Made by a program: the position numbers and the translations under genes
DNA from: an uncultured Verrucomicrobiota bacterium
GTDB lineage: Bacteria; Verrucomicrobiota; Kiritimatiellia; JAAZAB01
Assembly (NCBI GenBank): GCA_964444425.1
Contig: CAYUHK010000004.1
Coordinates: 12,837-76,836, forward strand
Length of the DNA: 64,000 nucleotides
Reading direction: 5' to 3'
Notes under the pieces: generated by a model
What the model saw: the letters and a program-made list of their open reading frames with translations, nothing else
Told to the model about the DNA's origin: nothing
Database searches by the model: none
In this document: one piece after another, positions 18,037 to 27,939 of the stretch
How positions within the stretch are numbered: position 1 is the first letter of the stretch
How the letters are laid out: the number at the start of each line of letters is the position of its first letter

Positions 18037-19703
18037 TCGGTCGGAGCAGTTTCTTGGATGTTGGCTGCCCAAGGCTGGGCCCCCAGTTGTCTCAAGCGCT
18101 CAGCTTCATCGATCACCTGGCCGGTGGTTGGGTCTAGGGCTAGACAAGCCCCATCAATAATGGCAGTTGGCGTGGCGCTGCGGGCGCCGCCGGCGCCAGC
18201 CAGACCGGGGGCGTCGAGCAGACCCCGTTGGACTGCTTCATTAAGAACGGTTGGGTTGCCCCAAGGATCCGGATCGGTCGGCGCAAGTTTTTTGATGGCC
18301 TGCAGGAGCAAGCGTGTTTCGGATACGAGCTTGGTTTGGCGTTGCTGCAGGGCCTGATCGAGAGTGCAATCGGGCAGGCCATCTAAGGCGTTCTGCAAGG
18401 TCCCGCGGGCGATTTCACAGGATTCGATAACTTCATCGGCTGTGGCAGCGTGATCGCCTTCACTAAAGCCTACCACGTGCAGGATATGCGGCCGCATGGC
18501 TAACGAGATTACCGCAGTAGCGGCCATTTGGCCCTTGGCGATATTGCCATGGGGTGAAAGGCTTGCCAATCCAGCGCGCACTTGGTTATAGACGGTGAAA
18601 TGCTCATCTTCCAGGCTATGGATGAGTTCCTGTTTGGCTAGCATCTTGGCTAAATCCATGCGTGGGGTTGTTCCCGGCGGGGTATTGAACATATATTGCG
18701 AAACATAGTGTTTCACACCGCAACGCTTGGCGTTGTAGGCGGCTAGGAAGGCGGTAGCCACTGCTACAGTATCATGAGCGTTGCGCAGGCTCCATTGGTG
18801 CGCTTCATTGACTTCGACTGGCACGGCATGCTGGGCGTACCAGCGAATCGCTTGCAAGTTTTCGCGCAGCGCCGCCAGCAGCGGCCGTTGGGAACGACCA
18901 TCCAATTGGCTATACCAGCTTAAGGGGATAGCGCCCCAGGCAATCTTAATGGTGCGCAGGCTCATCTCCGCCCAGCGCTCCAAATCATTGGTGCCGCTAT
19001 AACAGCGCAAGAGGGGGTGATTACCGCAGCGCGTGGCGTTATAGATGTCTAGCAAGTCGGCAGGTTGACGGAGCGGCACGCCGCCGGCGCCGGCCTGGGC
19101 GGGGTTCATCTTGGCTGGGCGAAAAAAATATTCCTGGGCGTTTTGGTCCGGGCCCAGAGACAAAACATCTAGCGCCGCGGCCGCGGCGATGCGCGCGGCT
19201 CCGCTGACAGTTTCTGTCAGGCTGGGGCGACCATAGTGATGCCGCAGCAGCGGCATGGGGTAGCTTTGGGCGATGCGCGCGCTGAGGCTTTGGGCCGGAA
19301 TAGCGGGGCTGGTGGCGGCCGCGCCGCCGCGTAAAAATTCAGATACTTCATTCAGGCTTTCGGTGCCGGCAAAGCTGCGTTCGAAAATGCCGGAGCGCTC
19401 GGCGACTGCAGCCACCGGCGGCGTTCCGCCAAAGACCAAGCGGGTTGAGCTGTCAGCCGCCTGTGGCAGCAGTTGCTTGAATTCGGCCAAGAGTTGCGCG
19501 GCCGTTTCCGGTGTAAGTCGGTAACTAATGGCGAGCAGAGCCGGTTTTTGTTTAATCAATTGCTCAACCAGTTGTTGGGGAGACAGGCGTGTGCCCAGGA
19601 AGCGCGTGAGGTAGCCCTCGGCCGCGGCCAGGCGCAGAAAGCCTTGAATCCCGGCAACATGGACGCAATCGCCAATAGTGGCGCCTAAAACCAAGCCCTT
19701 CAT
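18033..19703 (-). CDS. cobalamin (B12)-binding-domain protein with large C-terminal domain of unknown function
   Basis: 556 aa. N-terminal ~130 aa resemble a Rossmann-like B12-binding domain with the DxHxxG motif (GDCVHVAGI). The remaining ~420 aa match no enzyme family I can name. Start overlaps the stop of the upstream opine-DH gene (ATGA at 19700-19703). Confidence 0.55.
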   Translation of the reverse strand: MKGLVLGATIGDCVHVAGIQGFLRLAAAEGYLTRFLGTRLSPQQLVEQLIKQKPALLAISYRLTPETAAQLLAEFKQLLPQAADSSTRLVFGGTPPVAAVAERSGIFERSFAGTESLNEVSEFLRGGAAATSPAIPAQSLSARIAQSYPMPLLRHHYGRPSLTETVSGAARIAAAAALDVLSLGPDQNAQEYFFRPAKMNPAQAGAGGVPLRQPADLLDIYNATRCGNHPLLRCYSGTNDLERWAEMSLRTIKIAWGAIPLSWYSQLDGRSQRPLLAALRENLQAIRWYAQHAVPVEVNEAHQWSLRNAHDTVAVATAFLAAYNAKRCGVKHYVSQYMFNTPPGTTPRMDLAKMLAKQELIHSLEDEHFTVYNQVRAGLASLSPHGNIAKGQMAATAVISLAMRPHILHVVGFSEGDHAATADEVIESCEIARGTLQNALDGLPDCTLDQALQQRQTKLVSETRLLLQAIKKLAPTDPDPWGNPTVLNEAVQRGLLDAPGLAGAGGARSATPTAIIDGACLALDPTTGQVIDEAERLRQLGAQPWAANIQETAPTD

Positions 19704-20797
19704 TCAGTGGTCTCCTCGCCGATAGCCAGCAGGCGCAGGCTGCGCACCGACATATCTTTGATGCCCAGGCGTTCAACCGTGCGGCCTTCTTGCCAGAAAT
19801 CTATGCCGCATAAAGCGCTGGCCATTTGGATCACCGCCCGGATGGTTGGCGTGGGGACTTTTAGCATCTCTCCCAAGCTGGCGATAGGCACTAGGCTCAT
19901 GGGCACGTCTTCGGTTAGGTAACGGGTGTGGATGCCGGTGGGGGCCATGATGCCCCGATAGCCAGGATTAGCGTGCATGGCATGCCAGATATCCGGTCCA
20001 TTGGCTTCATAGGCGAAGTGCATCCATTGTCGGGCGGTCATGGCTTGAATGCCAATGGCCTCGGCCACGGCGATCCGCTCGGCATCCACTTCCTCCAGCA
20101 CTTGAGCCACCGAAGGGCTGCAGCCTTGCAAATAAAATTGGAATTCCGAATCATCTTCAATCCAGCCGGCATTAAGGACCGTGATAGTGGGGTGAAATAC
20201 CGCGCCGATGTTATTGAGGCTGGTTTTGAAAACGTTATCTCCGGGAACGAACTGAGGATAGGCTGCCTTCAGCAGGCTCAGTACCTCCGGTATGCGATGG
20301 GCATTGATCGCGGCAACCGGAATAGCGTTTTTAATGCGAAATATACGTACCTGGCCGGGGTTATTTACGCGGGAGGCGTAGATCAATGTTTGGGCCTCAG
20401 CGATGGTTACATCAGCCTTAATGCCTTCAGCAGTTAAGACTTGCCTGAATTCCAGGGCGCCAAAGGTGCGTCCCGGGTTCAAAACCACCACTTGCCCATC
20501 GGCCAGGTGGGGTCCAATAGTTTTAGCCATATCGTGGTGGGCGGTAGCCGGCACCACGACCATCAAGATATTAGCGCCTTGCAGGGTTTCAATGGGATCG
20601 GTGCTGGCTATGGCGATCTTTGCAAAGCCTTCCACCTCGCCTTCCAGAGTGATGCCGCCGGTCATCTTGATAGGGAGCAGACGCTCGGGCGAGCGATTAT
20701 ATAGGCGCACCTCGAAACCCATCAGGGCGAGGTGTCCGGCCATGGCTAGGCCGCCATGGCCGGCGCCGAGCACGGCAAAAACCGGTTTAGCTGTCAT
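19700..20797 (-). CDS. NAD(P)-dependent opine dehydrogenase family protein (octopine/nopaline DH-like)
   Basis: 365 aa with N-terminal GxGxxG (AVLGAGHGGLAMAGHLA) and C-terminal octopine-DH-like helical domain. Confidence 0.75.
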   Translation of the reverse strand: MTAKPVFAVLGAGHGGLAMAGHLALMGFEVRLYNRSPERLLPIKMTGGITLEGEVEGFAKIAIASTDPIETLQGANILMVVVPATAHHDMAKTIGPHLADGQVVVLNPGRTFGALEFRQVLTAEGIKADVTIAEAQTLIYASRVNNPGQVRIFRIKNAIPVAAINAHRIPEVLSLLKAAYPQFVPGDNVFKTSLNNIGAVFHPTITVLNAGWIEDDSEFQFYLQGCSPSVAQVLEEVDAERIAVAEAIGIQAMTARQWMHFAYEANGPDIWHAMHANPGYRGIMAPTGIHTRYLTEDVPMSLVPIASLGEMLKVPTPTIRAVIQMASALCGIDFWQEGRTVERLGIKDMSVRSLRLLAIGEETTE

Positions 20798-21087
20798 AGC
20801 GATAATTCCTTTGAACTATAGCCAACGTTAAAATCATGGTTTGCTGTTGTCAGGGTGGCGGTGCATATGTTGGAGCGATTTTCTAATAAGGGTAAGCCAA
20901 GGTTTTTAAGATGTCCACTTTATTTTTAATAACACTGAGACGGCGAGTAAGCCAGGCGCTGTCGGGGGGTGGTCGGCTTAGCTAGGGCGCTGGAGCAATG
21001 GGCAGCCCAGCTCAAAAAAAAGATTTGCGTTAGGCCGGCGGATCTGCTTAGCTGCTGACCTGACGTAAAACAAGAGGCATTTGGATT

Positions 21088-21288
21088 ATGAAAGCAAAAA
21101 TTCATCCTAAGTATGATGATGCCACCATCAGCTGCATTTGTGGCAATGTTATTCATACGCGCTCCACGGTTAAAGATATCAAAATCAATACCTGCTCGGC
21201 CTGTCATCCTTTTTTCACGGGCACGGCGAAATACGTGGATACGGCTGGACGCGTTGAACAATTCCGCAAACGCTACAGCAAGAAATAG
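21088..21288 (+). CDS. rpmE: 50S ribosomal protein L31 (Zn-binding C+ form)
   Basis: 66 aa MKAKIHPKYDD...CxC...CxxC motif, highly conserved. Confidence 0.9.
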   Translation: MKAKIHPKYDDATISCICGNVIHTRSTVKDIKINTCSACHPFFTGTAKYVDTAGRVEQFRKRYSKK

Positions 21289-21394
21289 CGCCCTACCTTT
21301 CTGTGGGTCAGCCATCTTTGGCCAACGGCCTTTTAGCTTTCCTGTTTGATCGGATAAGGATCTAGCTGGATAGCGGAAGCGCAGGGCTCATGCC

Positions 21395-22495
21395 ATGATA
21401 GATCAGGCATTTATTGATAAGATCAGCGCGCGGCTAGCGGAGTGTGAAACTCAACTAGCGACGCCGGCGGCTAATCCTCGCCAACTCAAAGAGCTCACCA
21501 AGGAGTACGCGCGCCTAAAGAGGCTGCTGGAAAAGGCTACTGGCCTGTTGCGGCTAAAAAAAGATATTGAACAAAATCGTGAATTGCTGACCCTGGCAAC
21601 GGCGGATCCGGAATTAAAGCAACTGGCTCAAGAAGAACTATTGGAATTAGAGCGGCGCTGGCCGGAAGCCCAACAAGCTATGCTTATCGCTCTGCTGCCG
21701 GCCCTGCCGGATGAAGGCCGCAACACCATTATGGAGATTCGCGCTGGCACTGGTGGCCATGAGGCGGCCTTGTTTGCTGGTGATCTCGTGCGCATGTATA
21801 TGCGCTATGCCGAGAAGCGCGGCTGGAAAGTTGAATTCATAGACGCCAATTTGTCCGAGCGGGGCGGCTATAAAGAGGCGGTTTTTTCGATTCAGGGCGA
21901 TCATGTTTATCGCACCTTGCAATTTGAGGGCGGCGCGCACCGGGTTCAACGGGTTCCCATTACCGAGGCTCAAGGCCGCGTGCATACTTCGGCGGCGACA
22001 GTGGCAGTTTTGCCAGAAGCCGAAGACCTGGATGAAATTGAAATCAAACCCGAGGATTTACGCGTTGATGTTTATCGGGCGTCGGGCGCCGGCGGCCAAC
22101 ACGTCAATAAAACCGATTCGGCCGTTCGCCTGACCCATCTGCCCACTGGCATTGTAGCGGCCAGCCAGGAAGAGCGTTCGCAGCATAAAAATCGAGCTCA
22201 GGCTTTGCGAGTGCTTCGCTCACGTTTGCTGGAGCTTAAGCGTCAGCAAGCCGAGACACAGCTGGGCAATGCGCGCCGTTCGCAGATCGGCAGCGGCGAT
22301 AGAAGCGAGCGCATTCGCACCTATAATTTTCCTCAGAACCGGCTGACCGATCATCGGATCAATTTCACGCTTTATAATCTTGGCAATATCATGGATGGTG
22401 AAATAGAACCGATCTTAAAGGCGCTCTACGACCACGATCTGGCTGAGCGCTTAAAACAGATCAATACCGGATTGCCAACCAGCTCGGCACCCTGA
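21395..22495 (+). CDS. prfA: peptide chain release factor 1
   Basis: 366 aa with [13 protein letters not shown] motif and RF1-type [13 protein letters not shown] region, in the canonical rpmE-prfA-prmC arrangement. Confidence 0.9.
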   Translation: MIDQAFIDKISARLAECETQLATPAANPRQLKELTKEYARLKRLLEKATGLLRLKKDIEQNRELLTLATADPELKQLAQEELLELERRWPEAQQAMLIALLPALPDEGRNTIMEIRAGTGGHEAALFAGDLVRMYMRYAEKRGWKVEFIDANLSERGGYKEAVFSIQGDHVYRTLQFEGGAHRVQRVPITEAQGRVHTSAATVAVLPEAEDLDEIEIKPEDLRVDVYRASGAGGQHVNKTDSAVRLTHLPTGIVAASQEERSQHKNRAQALRVLRSRLLELKRQQAETQLGNARRSQIGSGDRSERIRTYNFPQNRLTDHRINFTLYNLGNIMDGEIEPILKALYDHDLAERLKQINTGLPTSSAP

Positions 22496-22617
22496 GTAGA
22501 TAATCAAACCATACTTATAAAAAATCTGGCCAGATCGTTTAGCCCAGGATGGTTGGTTAACAGCCTGGCTCCCCGGCGGCTGACTATGCTTCTGCGCTCA
22601 AAGGTTTTTTCTACGCC

Positions 22618-23496
22618 ATGATCCTTAATTTACAGCTGCCGCCATTAATGCCAGCCGCGCTTCATCAGGCCGTGCAATTTCTACAAAATTATGGCAATGC
22701 TGAGGCCCAGCTAAACGCGGAATGGCTTTTTAGCCAGGCCTTAGGCTGCGGGCGACTTGAGCTTCATCTACAGCGTGGCATCAGGCTCGCCCCGGAGACC
22801 CTGAGCCATTTAGAGATTCAGCTGCGCCGGCTGGCCGCCGCTGAACCTTTGCAATATGTTTTGGGGATGGCATGTTTTTTAGGGCATGAGTTCAAAGTAG
22901 ATCGCCGCTGCCTTATCCCGCGTCCGGAGACCGAGTTGTTGGCTGAATGGCTAATCGAAGAAACCCGGCCGGCTGGGCGGCTGCCCGACGTGGCACTGGC
23001 GGATGTTGGCACTGGCAGCGGCTGTATCATTATTAGCCTGGCTCTAGCTAGGCCGGGCGGCATTTATCATGCCATTGATATCGCGCCGGCGGCTTTGGAT
23101 CTGGCTCGAGAAAACGCGGCTCGTTTTGGCGTTGCCGATCGCATCCGGTTTTACCAAGCTAATTTGCTTAGCCCCATGCCGCCGGCCAGTCTGGATTACG
23201 TGGTTGCTAATCCTCCTTATGTTAGCACTGATGAATGGCGCTGCCTGCCAGCGCAGATTCGCGACTACGAGCCGCGCGTAGCGTTGGATGGCGGGCCGCA
23301 GGGCTTGGCCAGCATTAATCCACTTATAGCTCAGGCGGCGCGGGCCTTAAAACCGGGCGGCCTTCTATGCATGGAGATCGGCGCTGGCCAATGGCCAGCT
23401 GTGCGCCAATTGTTGGCTAGCCATGGATTCCAGAATAGCCAGATTCGCTCGGATCTCGCCGGCCATGCTCGCTTTATCAGTGCCCGCCAGCCCTAG
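22618..23496 (+). CDS. prmC: release factor glutamine N5-methyltransferase (HemK/PrmC)
   Basis: 292 aa with SAM-binding DVGTGSGCI and NPPY motif (VVANPPYVS), directly downstream of prfA. Confidence 0.85.
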   Translation: MILNLQLPPLMPAALHQAVQFLQNYGNAEAQLNAEWLFSQALGCGRLELHLQRGIRLAPETLSHLEIQLRRLAAAEPLQYVLGMACFLGHEFKVDRRCLIPRPETELLAEWLIEETRPAGRLPDVALADVGTGSGCIIISLALARPGGIYHAIDIAPAALDLARENAARFGVADRIRFYQANLLSPMPPASLDYVVANPPYVSTDEWRCLPAQIRDYEPRVALDGGPQGLASINPLIAQAARALKPGGLLCMEIGAGQWPAVRQLLASHGFQNSQIRSDLAGHARFISARQP

Positions 23497-23521
23497 CCAG
23501 TCTGAAGGCTAAGAGCTTGTT

Positions 23522-23541
23522 AGCTGGGCCAGCTTTTTCTC
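23522..23541 (+). terminator. weak intrinsic terminator after prmC
   Basis: 5-bp stem AGCTG-GGC-CAGCT followed by TTTTTCT. The stem is short, so confidence is low. Confidence 0.3.
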
Positions 23542-24469
23542 AGTCCGATATATTATCCGTGGGGCAGTGTTGCCCAGCGCCCGCGCAAGCCGGTTCCACA
23601 TGGAGGGTAACTATAGTGCCGGGATAGCGCGCGTTAATCGCCTGCGTAATGGTTCGGATAATTTTATGCGATTCAGCGATCGTCATATCGGCCGACACAG
23701 TTAGGTGCACTTCCATAAAACGATCGGCTCCCGCCCGGCGGGTGCGCAGATTATGAAAGCCGTGGATAGTTGGCTGCAGATCGTTTAAAAAGTTCTGAAT
23801 CCAATCCATTTCATCGCTTGGCCAAGCTGCGTCTAAAAGGTCGCGCCCCGAGTGAATCAATACGTGCCAGCCGGCTCGGCAAATGAATAGCGCCACAGCG
23901 ATAGCCGCAATCGGATCAATCCAGCCCAGGTATGCTTGGGGCCAGAGGATGTTGCCGATCCAGATTGTTAGCAGGGCGAACATAACTCCGAGCGAGGTAT
24001 AGACATCGGTTAGCAGGTGCCAGCCGTCAGCCTGTAGGGCCACGGATTGGGTCTTGCGCCCCACCACGAACAGCAGTCGGGCGACAATGCTATTGACCAC
24101 GGCGGAAAACAACATAAGACCAGCTCCCCAATTGGTTAGAGCGATAGGTTGCGGGTTTATCAAATCCCGGACGGCTTCTATAACGATCCAGGCCGCTGCT
24201 AGAAAGATCAGCAAAGCCTCCACGGCGCCGGAGATGTTTTCTATCTTGCCGTGGCCGAAAGGATGTTTTACATCCGCCGGATGTTTTACCATCCAGACCG
24301 CGAAGAGGGCGATGCCGGCGGCCAGCAAGTCAATGCCTGAGTGAATACTCTCGGAGATTACTGCCACCGATCCTATCAGCCAGCCGATCGTGAATTTGGA
24401 AATAACCAGAATGCTGTTGGTGGCCACCGCTAGCGTGGCTACAGCGATTTTTTGTTGGTGAGCGCGCAC
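23540..24469 (-). CDS. cation diffusion facilitator (CDF) family metal efflux transporter
   Basis: 309 aa with 6 TM helices then a cytoplasmic domain, and typical CDF motifs (SDSLHSGIDLL-like ESIHSGIDLLAA, HLLTD). Confidence 0.8.
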   Translation of the reverse strand: MRAHQQKIAVATLAVATNSILVISKFTIGWLIGSVAVISESIHSGIDLLAAGIALFAVWMVKHPADVKHPFGHGKIENISGAVEALLIFLAAAWIVIEAVRDLINPQPIALTNWGAGLMLFSAVVNSIVARLLFVVGRKTQSVALQADGWHLLTDVYTSLGVMFALLTIWIGNILWPQAYLGWIDPIAAIAVALFICRAGWHVLIHSGRDLLDAAWPSDEMDWIQNFLNDLQPTIHGFHNLRTRRAGADRFMEVHLTVSADMTIAESHKIIRTITQAINARYPGTIVTLHVEPACAGAGQHCPTDNISD

Positions 24470-24837
24470 GGCTTAAGGGATCTTTATTGTTTGGGCAAGT
24501 TGCCTGGGCTAATTTATTTTATAAGCTTCATTTAATTTAGCGCATATCCAACTGCTAGGACGGCGAGGCATTAATAAGTATTATTGATGAAAACTAGCTT
24601 AGGGACAAGCTTTCATATCTTCGATTTTTTGCGGATAAATTCTGGACAATGCAACAAATCAATAACATACTGCGAGCTTAACGGATGATTATAACCATGC
24701 CGGGATTCAGGCCTGGGGCGTTAGGCGCCTAGCATGGGCTGTTGCGCCGCGCCAATCAACACCAAGGCTTCTTAAGATCATCAATTAGCCAGATCTAACT
24801 GATCGTTCGGAAGAGCGCTGCAGGCGCGCTCACTATT

Positions 24838-25998
24838 ATGGAAAGCTTAAAGCAGCAGAGCGCCCGCCAGTGGCGCGGCGGAGTTTGGGCGGCCATTATA
24901 TTAGCGCCGATCCTAGCCATAGCCTGGCTGAAGCTTGCGGCCCCAGTGCTCCCAGCTGTTCAACTTACTCGAACCATAACCGACCTGGCCGGGCGAGAGG
25001 TGCTGATTCCGAAGGAGGTTAAGCGTCTTATTGCTTTAGGCCCCGGCGCACTGCGGCTGGTGGTATATCTTGGCGCGACCGATAAAATTGTTGGCATCGA
25101 AGACATGGAATACCGCATGGCCCGCAGTCTGTACGAGCGACCTTACGCCCAGAGCCTTAAGGAAGCTTTTTTTGCCTTGCCGGTCGTCGGCGCCGGCGGC
25201 CCTGGAGTGCTTCCTGATTTCGAGAAAGTATTGATGTGCCGCCCAGATCTGATCGTTGCCGTGAGCATGGCGCCGGGCCAATTGGATAATATCCAGGCGA
25301 AAACCGGCGTCCCGGCGATTTACCTTTCCTATGGCGAATTAGGCGTCTGGCGCGATCAGGCTCGCCGTTCCTTGGCGCTGTTGGGTGAAGCCATTGGCCA
25401 AAGCGCGCGTGCGGCGGCCATCAATGCTTATGTGGCATTTTTGGAACAAGACCTGGCCCGACGGGTTCAAGGGATTGCCGAGAACGCCAAACCTCGGGTA
25501 TATTTTGGAGGGGTTTCATATAAGGGCTCGCAAGGCCTGGCCAGCACGGAAGCCGATTATTCTTCTGGTCGCCTAGTTGGGGCGCGCAATCTGGCCGATG
25601 GACTGGGCCTGCGCGGCCACTTTTTAGTGGACAAGGAACAGATCTTGCTGTGGGATCCCGATTATATCTTTGTTGATATTGCCAGCCGTGTGATTCTGGA
25701 TCAAGAGTTTGAGCGCAACCGGGAATACTATCAGCTGCTAAGCGCAAGCCAAGCAACCAGGATTTATTCATTATTGCCTTATAACTATTACAACACCAAC
25801 ATCGAATTGGCTTTGCTCAATGCTTATTTCATAGGTAAAACTCTTTATCCTGAAAGGTTCGGCGATATTCAGATGGAAGAGCAGTCAGCAAAGATTCTGG
25901 GGACATTTCTGGGCGTTCAGTTTGATCGGCAGATGCCGGAGATTCCGGCTTACCGGCCCTTACGCTTTAGCGAGGGTTCCGCGCCGTTATGGAGATGA
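24838..25998 (+). CDS. ABC transporter periplasmic binding protein (iron-complex/cobalamin class, PBP-III)
   Basis: 386 aa with N-terminal signal/TM segment and PBP-III style sequence (LIALGPGALRLVVYLGATDKIVGI). First gene of the PBP-FecCD-ATPase set. Confidence 0.75.
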   Translation: MESLKQQSARQWRGGVWAAIILAPILAIAWLKLAAPVLPAVQLTRTITDLAGREVLIPKEVKRLIALGPGALRLVVYLGATDKIVGIEDMEYRMARSLYERPYAQSLKEAFFALPVVGAGGPGVLPDFEKVLMCRPDLIVAVSMAPGQLDNIQAKTGVPAIYLSYGELGVWRDQARRSLALLGEAIGQSARAAAINAYVAFLEQDLARRVQGIAENAKPRVYFGGVSYKGSQGLASTEADYSSGRLVGARNLADGLGLRGHFLVDKEQILLWDPDYIFVDIASRVILDQEFERNREYYQLLSASQATRIYSLLPYNYYNTNIELALLNAYFIGKTLYPERFGDIQMEEQSAKILGTFLGVQFDRQMPEIPAYRPLRFSEGSAPLWR

Positions 25999-25999
25999 T

Positions 26000-27067
26000 A
26001 TGCCATCAATCAATCTGCCAGAACAATACGCTCGGCACCTCAAGCGCAAGCAGCTGGCGGGCTGCGCCTTGCTGTTATTGATTTTTATCGCCAGTTTATT
26101 TTCCTTAGGCGTCGGGGCCTATCCTATCGGCCTAGATGACATGGTGGCTGCCTTGACCGGTCGCGCTGCCGCGCCTACCCAGCATGTTTTTTGGAGTATT
26201 CGCCTGCCGCAATTATTGGCGGCGCTGCTGGCCGGAGCCAGCCTTGGACTAGCAGGGACAGCGCTGCAGAACGTGCTTAGAAATCCACTGGCCGCGCCGA
26301 TCACCTTGGGGATCTCTCAGGGGGCGGTTTTTGGCGCCGTGTTTGCTATTACCATATTAGGCGCTGGCAGTGCCGTTGCCAGCGGGACGAGTTTTGCTAC
26401 GCCTTGGATTCCATATAGCATTGTGCTTTGTGCCTTTGCTGGGTCATTGATTACGGTGGGCACGTTGGTGTGTCTCTCCACGCTGCGGGCGCTCTCGCCC
26501 ACGGCGCTTATCTTGGCCGGTGTGGCCATCAGCGCCTTCTTTGGGTCGGCCACCATGCTGCTGCAATATTTCGCCACCGATATTGAGATAGCCGCGGCGG
26601 TTTTTTGGACCTTTGGCGACCTTAAGAATGCGCAATGGCCGCAGTTGGCTGTGATCGCCGGCATACTGCTGCCAGCCGGCTTGTATTTTCAGCGGCGCGC
26701 CTGGCATTTCAATGCGCTGATTTGGGGGGACGATACCGCCCAAAGCTTGGGCATAGGGGTGCGCTCGCTGCGGCTGACTGCGCTGGTGCTGGCTGCCTTA
26801 GCGGCGGCGGTAACCACAGCGTTCATGGGCATCATTGGTTTCGTTGGCCTGATCGCGCCACATGTGGCGCGCATGATCGTAGGCCAAGACCATCGTTTTT
26901 TGTTTGCTTATTCGGCTCTGGTCGCTGGCCTGCTGCTGCTGCTTGCCGACTTGCTGGCCCGGACGATATTAGCGCCAATAGTTTTGCCGGTCGGCATTCT
27001 GACTTCCTTTGCCGGCGCGCCGCTTTTTCTATATCTGCTGATGAAGCATAGAGAGATCCGAGCATGA
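26000..27067 (+). CDS. FecCD-family ABC permease
   Basis: Polytopic membrane protein with FecCD motifs (LRNPLAAPITLGISQGA). GGAG RBS lies 5 nt upstream of ATG 26000. The six-frame ORF is open from 25922, overlapping the PBP gene end. Confidence 0.8.
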   Translation: MPSINLPEQYARHLKRKQLAGCALLLLIFIASLFSLGVGAYPIGLDDMVAALTGRAAAPTQHVFWSIRLPQLLAALLAGASLGLAGTALQNVLRNPLAAPITLGISQGAVFGAVFAITILGAGSAVASGTSFATPWIPYSIVLCAFAGSLITVGTLVCLSTLRALSPTALILAGVAISAFFGSATMLLQYFATDIEIAAAVFWTFGDLKNAQWPQLAVIAGILLPAGLYFQRRAWHFNALIWGDDTAQSLGIGVRSLRLTALVLAALAAAVTTAFMGIIGFVGLIAPHVARMIVGQDHRFLFAYSALVAGLLLLLADLLARTILAPIVLPVGILTSFAGAPLFLYLLMKHREIRA

Positions 27068-27915
27068 TTTTACGGGTAAACGATCTGTATTTTTCGTATC
27101 GCGGCATGGATGTCTTACGAGGGCTCACCTTCGAGGTGCCTTCAGGTTGTCTCACAGCCATCCTGGGGGAAAATGGTTCAGGGAAAACGACCTTGCTGAA
27201 GACCATCAATCGTTTGCTTAAACCACGGCGCGGCACAGTCTTTCTGGATGACCAGGCGACAACCGCCTTGCCCGGAGCTGCTCTTGCCAGATACTTTGGC
27301 TATATGCCTCAACGCCAGGAGCTGGTTCATTGCAGTGTCTATGAAACAGTCTTGCTTGGCCGCAAAAGCGCCAGCAGCGGGCGCACCAGCGCCGTAGATC
27401 TGGAGAAGGTTGCGGCCATCCTGCGTTTGGTGAATCTGGAGAAGCTAGCCATGCGCTCCATAGCCGAGCTCAGCGGCGGCGAACTACAGAAAGTTATCTT
27501 GGCTCGCGCCTTGGCTCAGGAGCCCAAGGTTCTGCTGCTGGATGAGCCGATTAACCACCTGGATCCAGTCAATCAGCTAGAGGTGATGAGCTTGCTGCGC
27601 GCCGTAACCCGTGATCTTGACATCGTCAATCTGCTTGTTACTCATAATCTAAACAACGCGCTACAGTTTGCAGATCGCTTTATTCTGCTCAAGGCTGGCG
27701 CGGTTTGGGCTGCTGGCGGCAGAGAGGTGGTTACGCCAGCCGCCATTCGGGAGGTTTTCCGTATAGATGTTAAGATCGAGCAGGTGGCTGGAGTTCCCGT
27801 GGTGATTCCGATACAATGCGGCCAGCGGCCTCATTGGCATTTCGTAGAATCGGGTGGCTTGCGTCAACACACGCACATGGTTGATGGCCATATATATGAC
27901 CATCAGCATGGTTAA
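27064..27915 (+). CDS. ABC transporter ATP-binding protein (FecE/BtuD-like)
   Basis: Walker A GENGSGKTT, signature LSGGELQK and Walker B LLLDEP. Start overlaps the permease stop (ATGA). Confidence 0.85.
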   Translation: MILRVNDLYFSYRGMDVLRGLTFEVPSGCLTAILGENGSGKTTLLKTINRLLKPRRGTVFLDDQATTALPGAALARYFGYMPQRQELVHCSVYETVLLGRKSASSGRTSAVDLEKVAAILRLVNLEKLAMRSIAELSGGELQKVILARALAQEPKVLLLDEPINHLDPVNQLEVMSLLRAVTRDLDIVNLLVTHNLNNALQFADRFILLKAGAVWAAGGREVVTPAAIREVFRIDVKIEQVAGVPVVIPIQCGQRPHWHFVESGGLRQHTHMVDGHIYDHQHG

Positions 27916-27939
27916 GCTGCCTAGCGCCGCCCAGTTGCT

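Noticed and set aside
20926-21315. 129-aa minus-strand ORF overlapping rpmE
   Set aside because: It lies antisense to the highly conserved L31 gene and the rpmE promoter region. It has no recognisable protein features and is most likely a chance open frame in GC-rich DNA.
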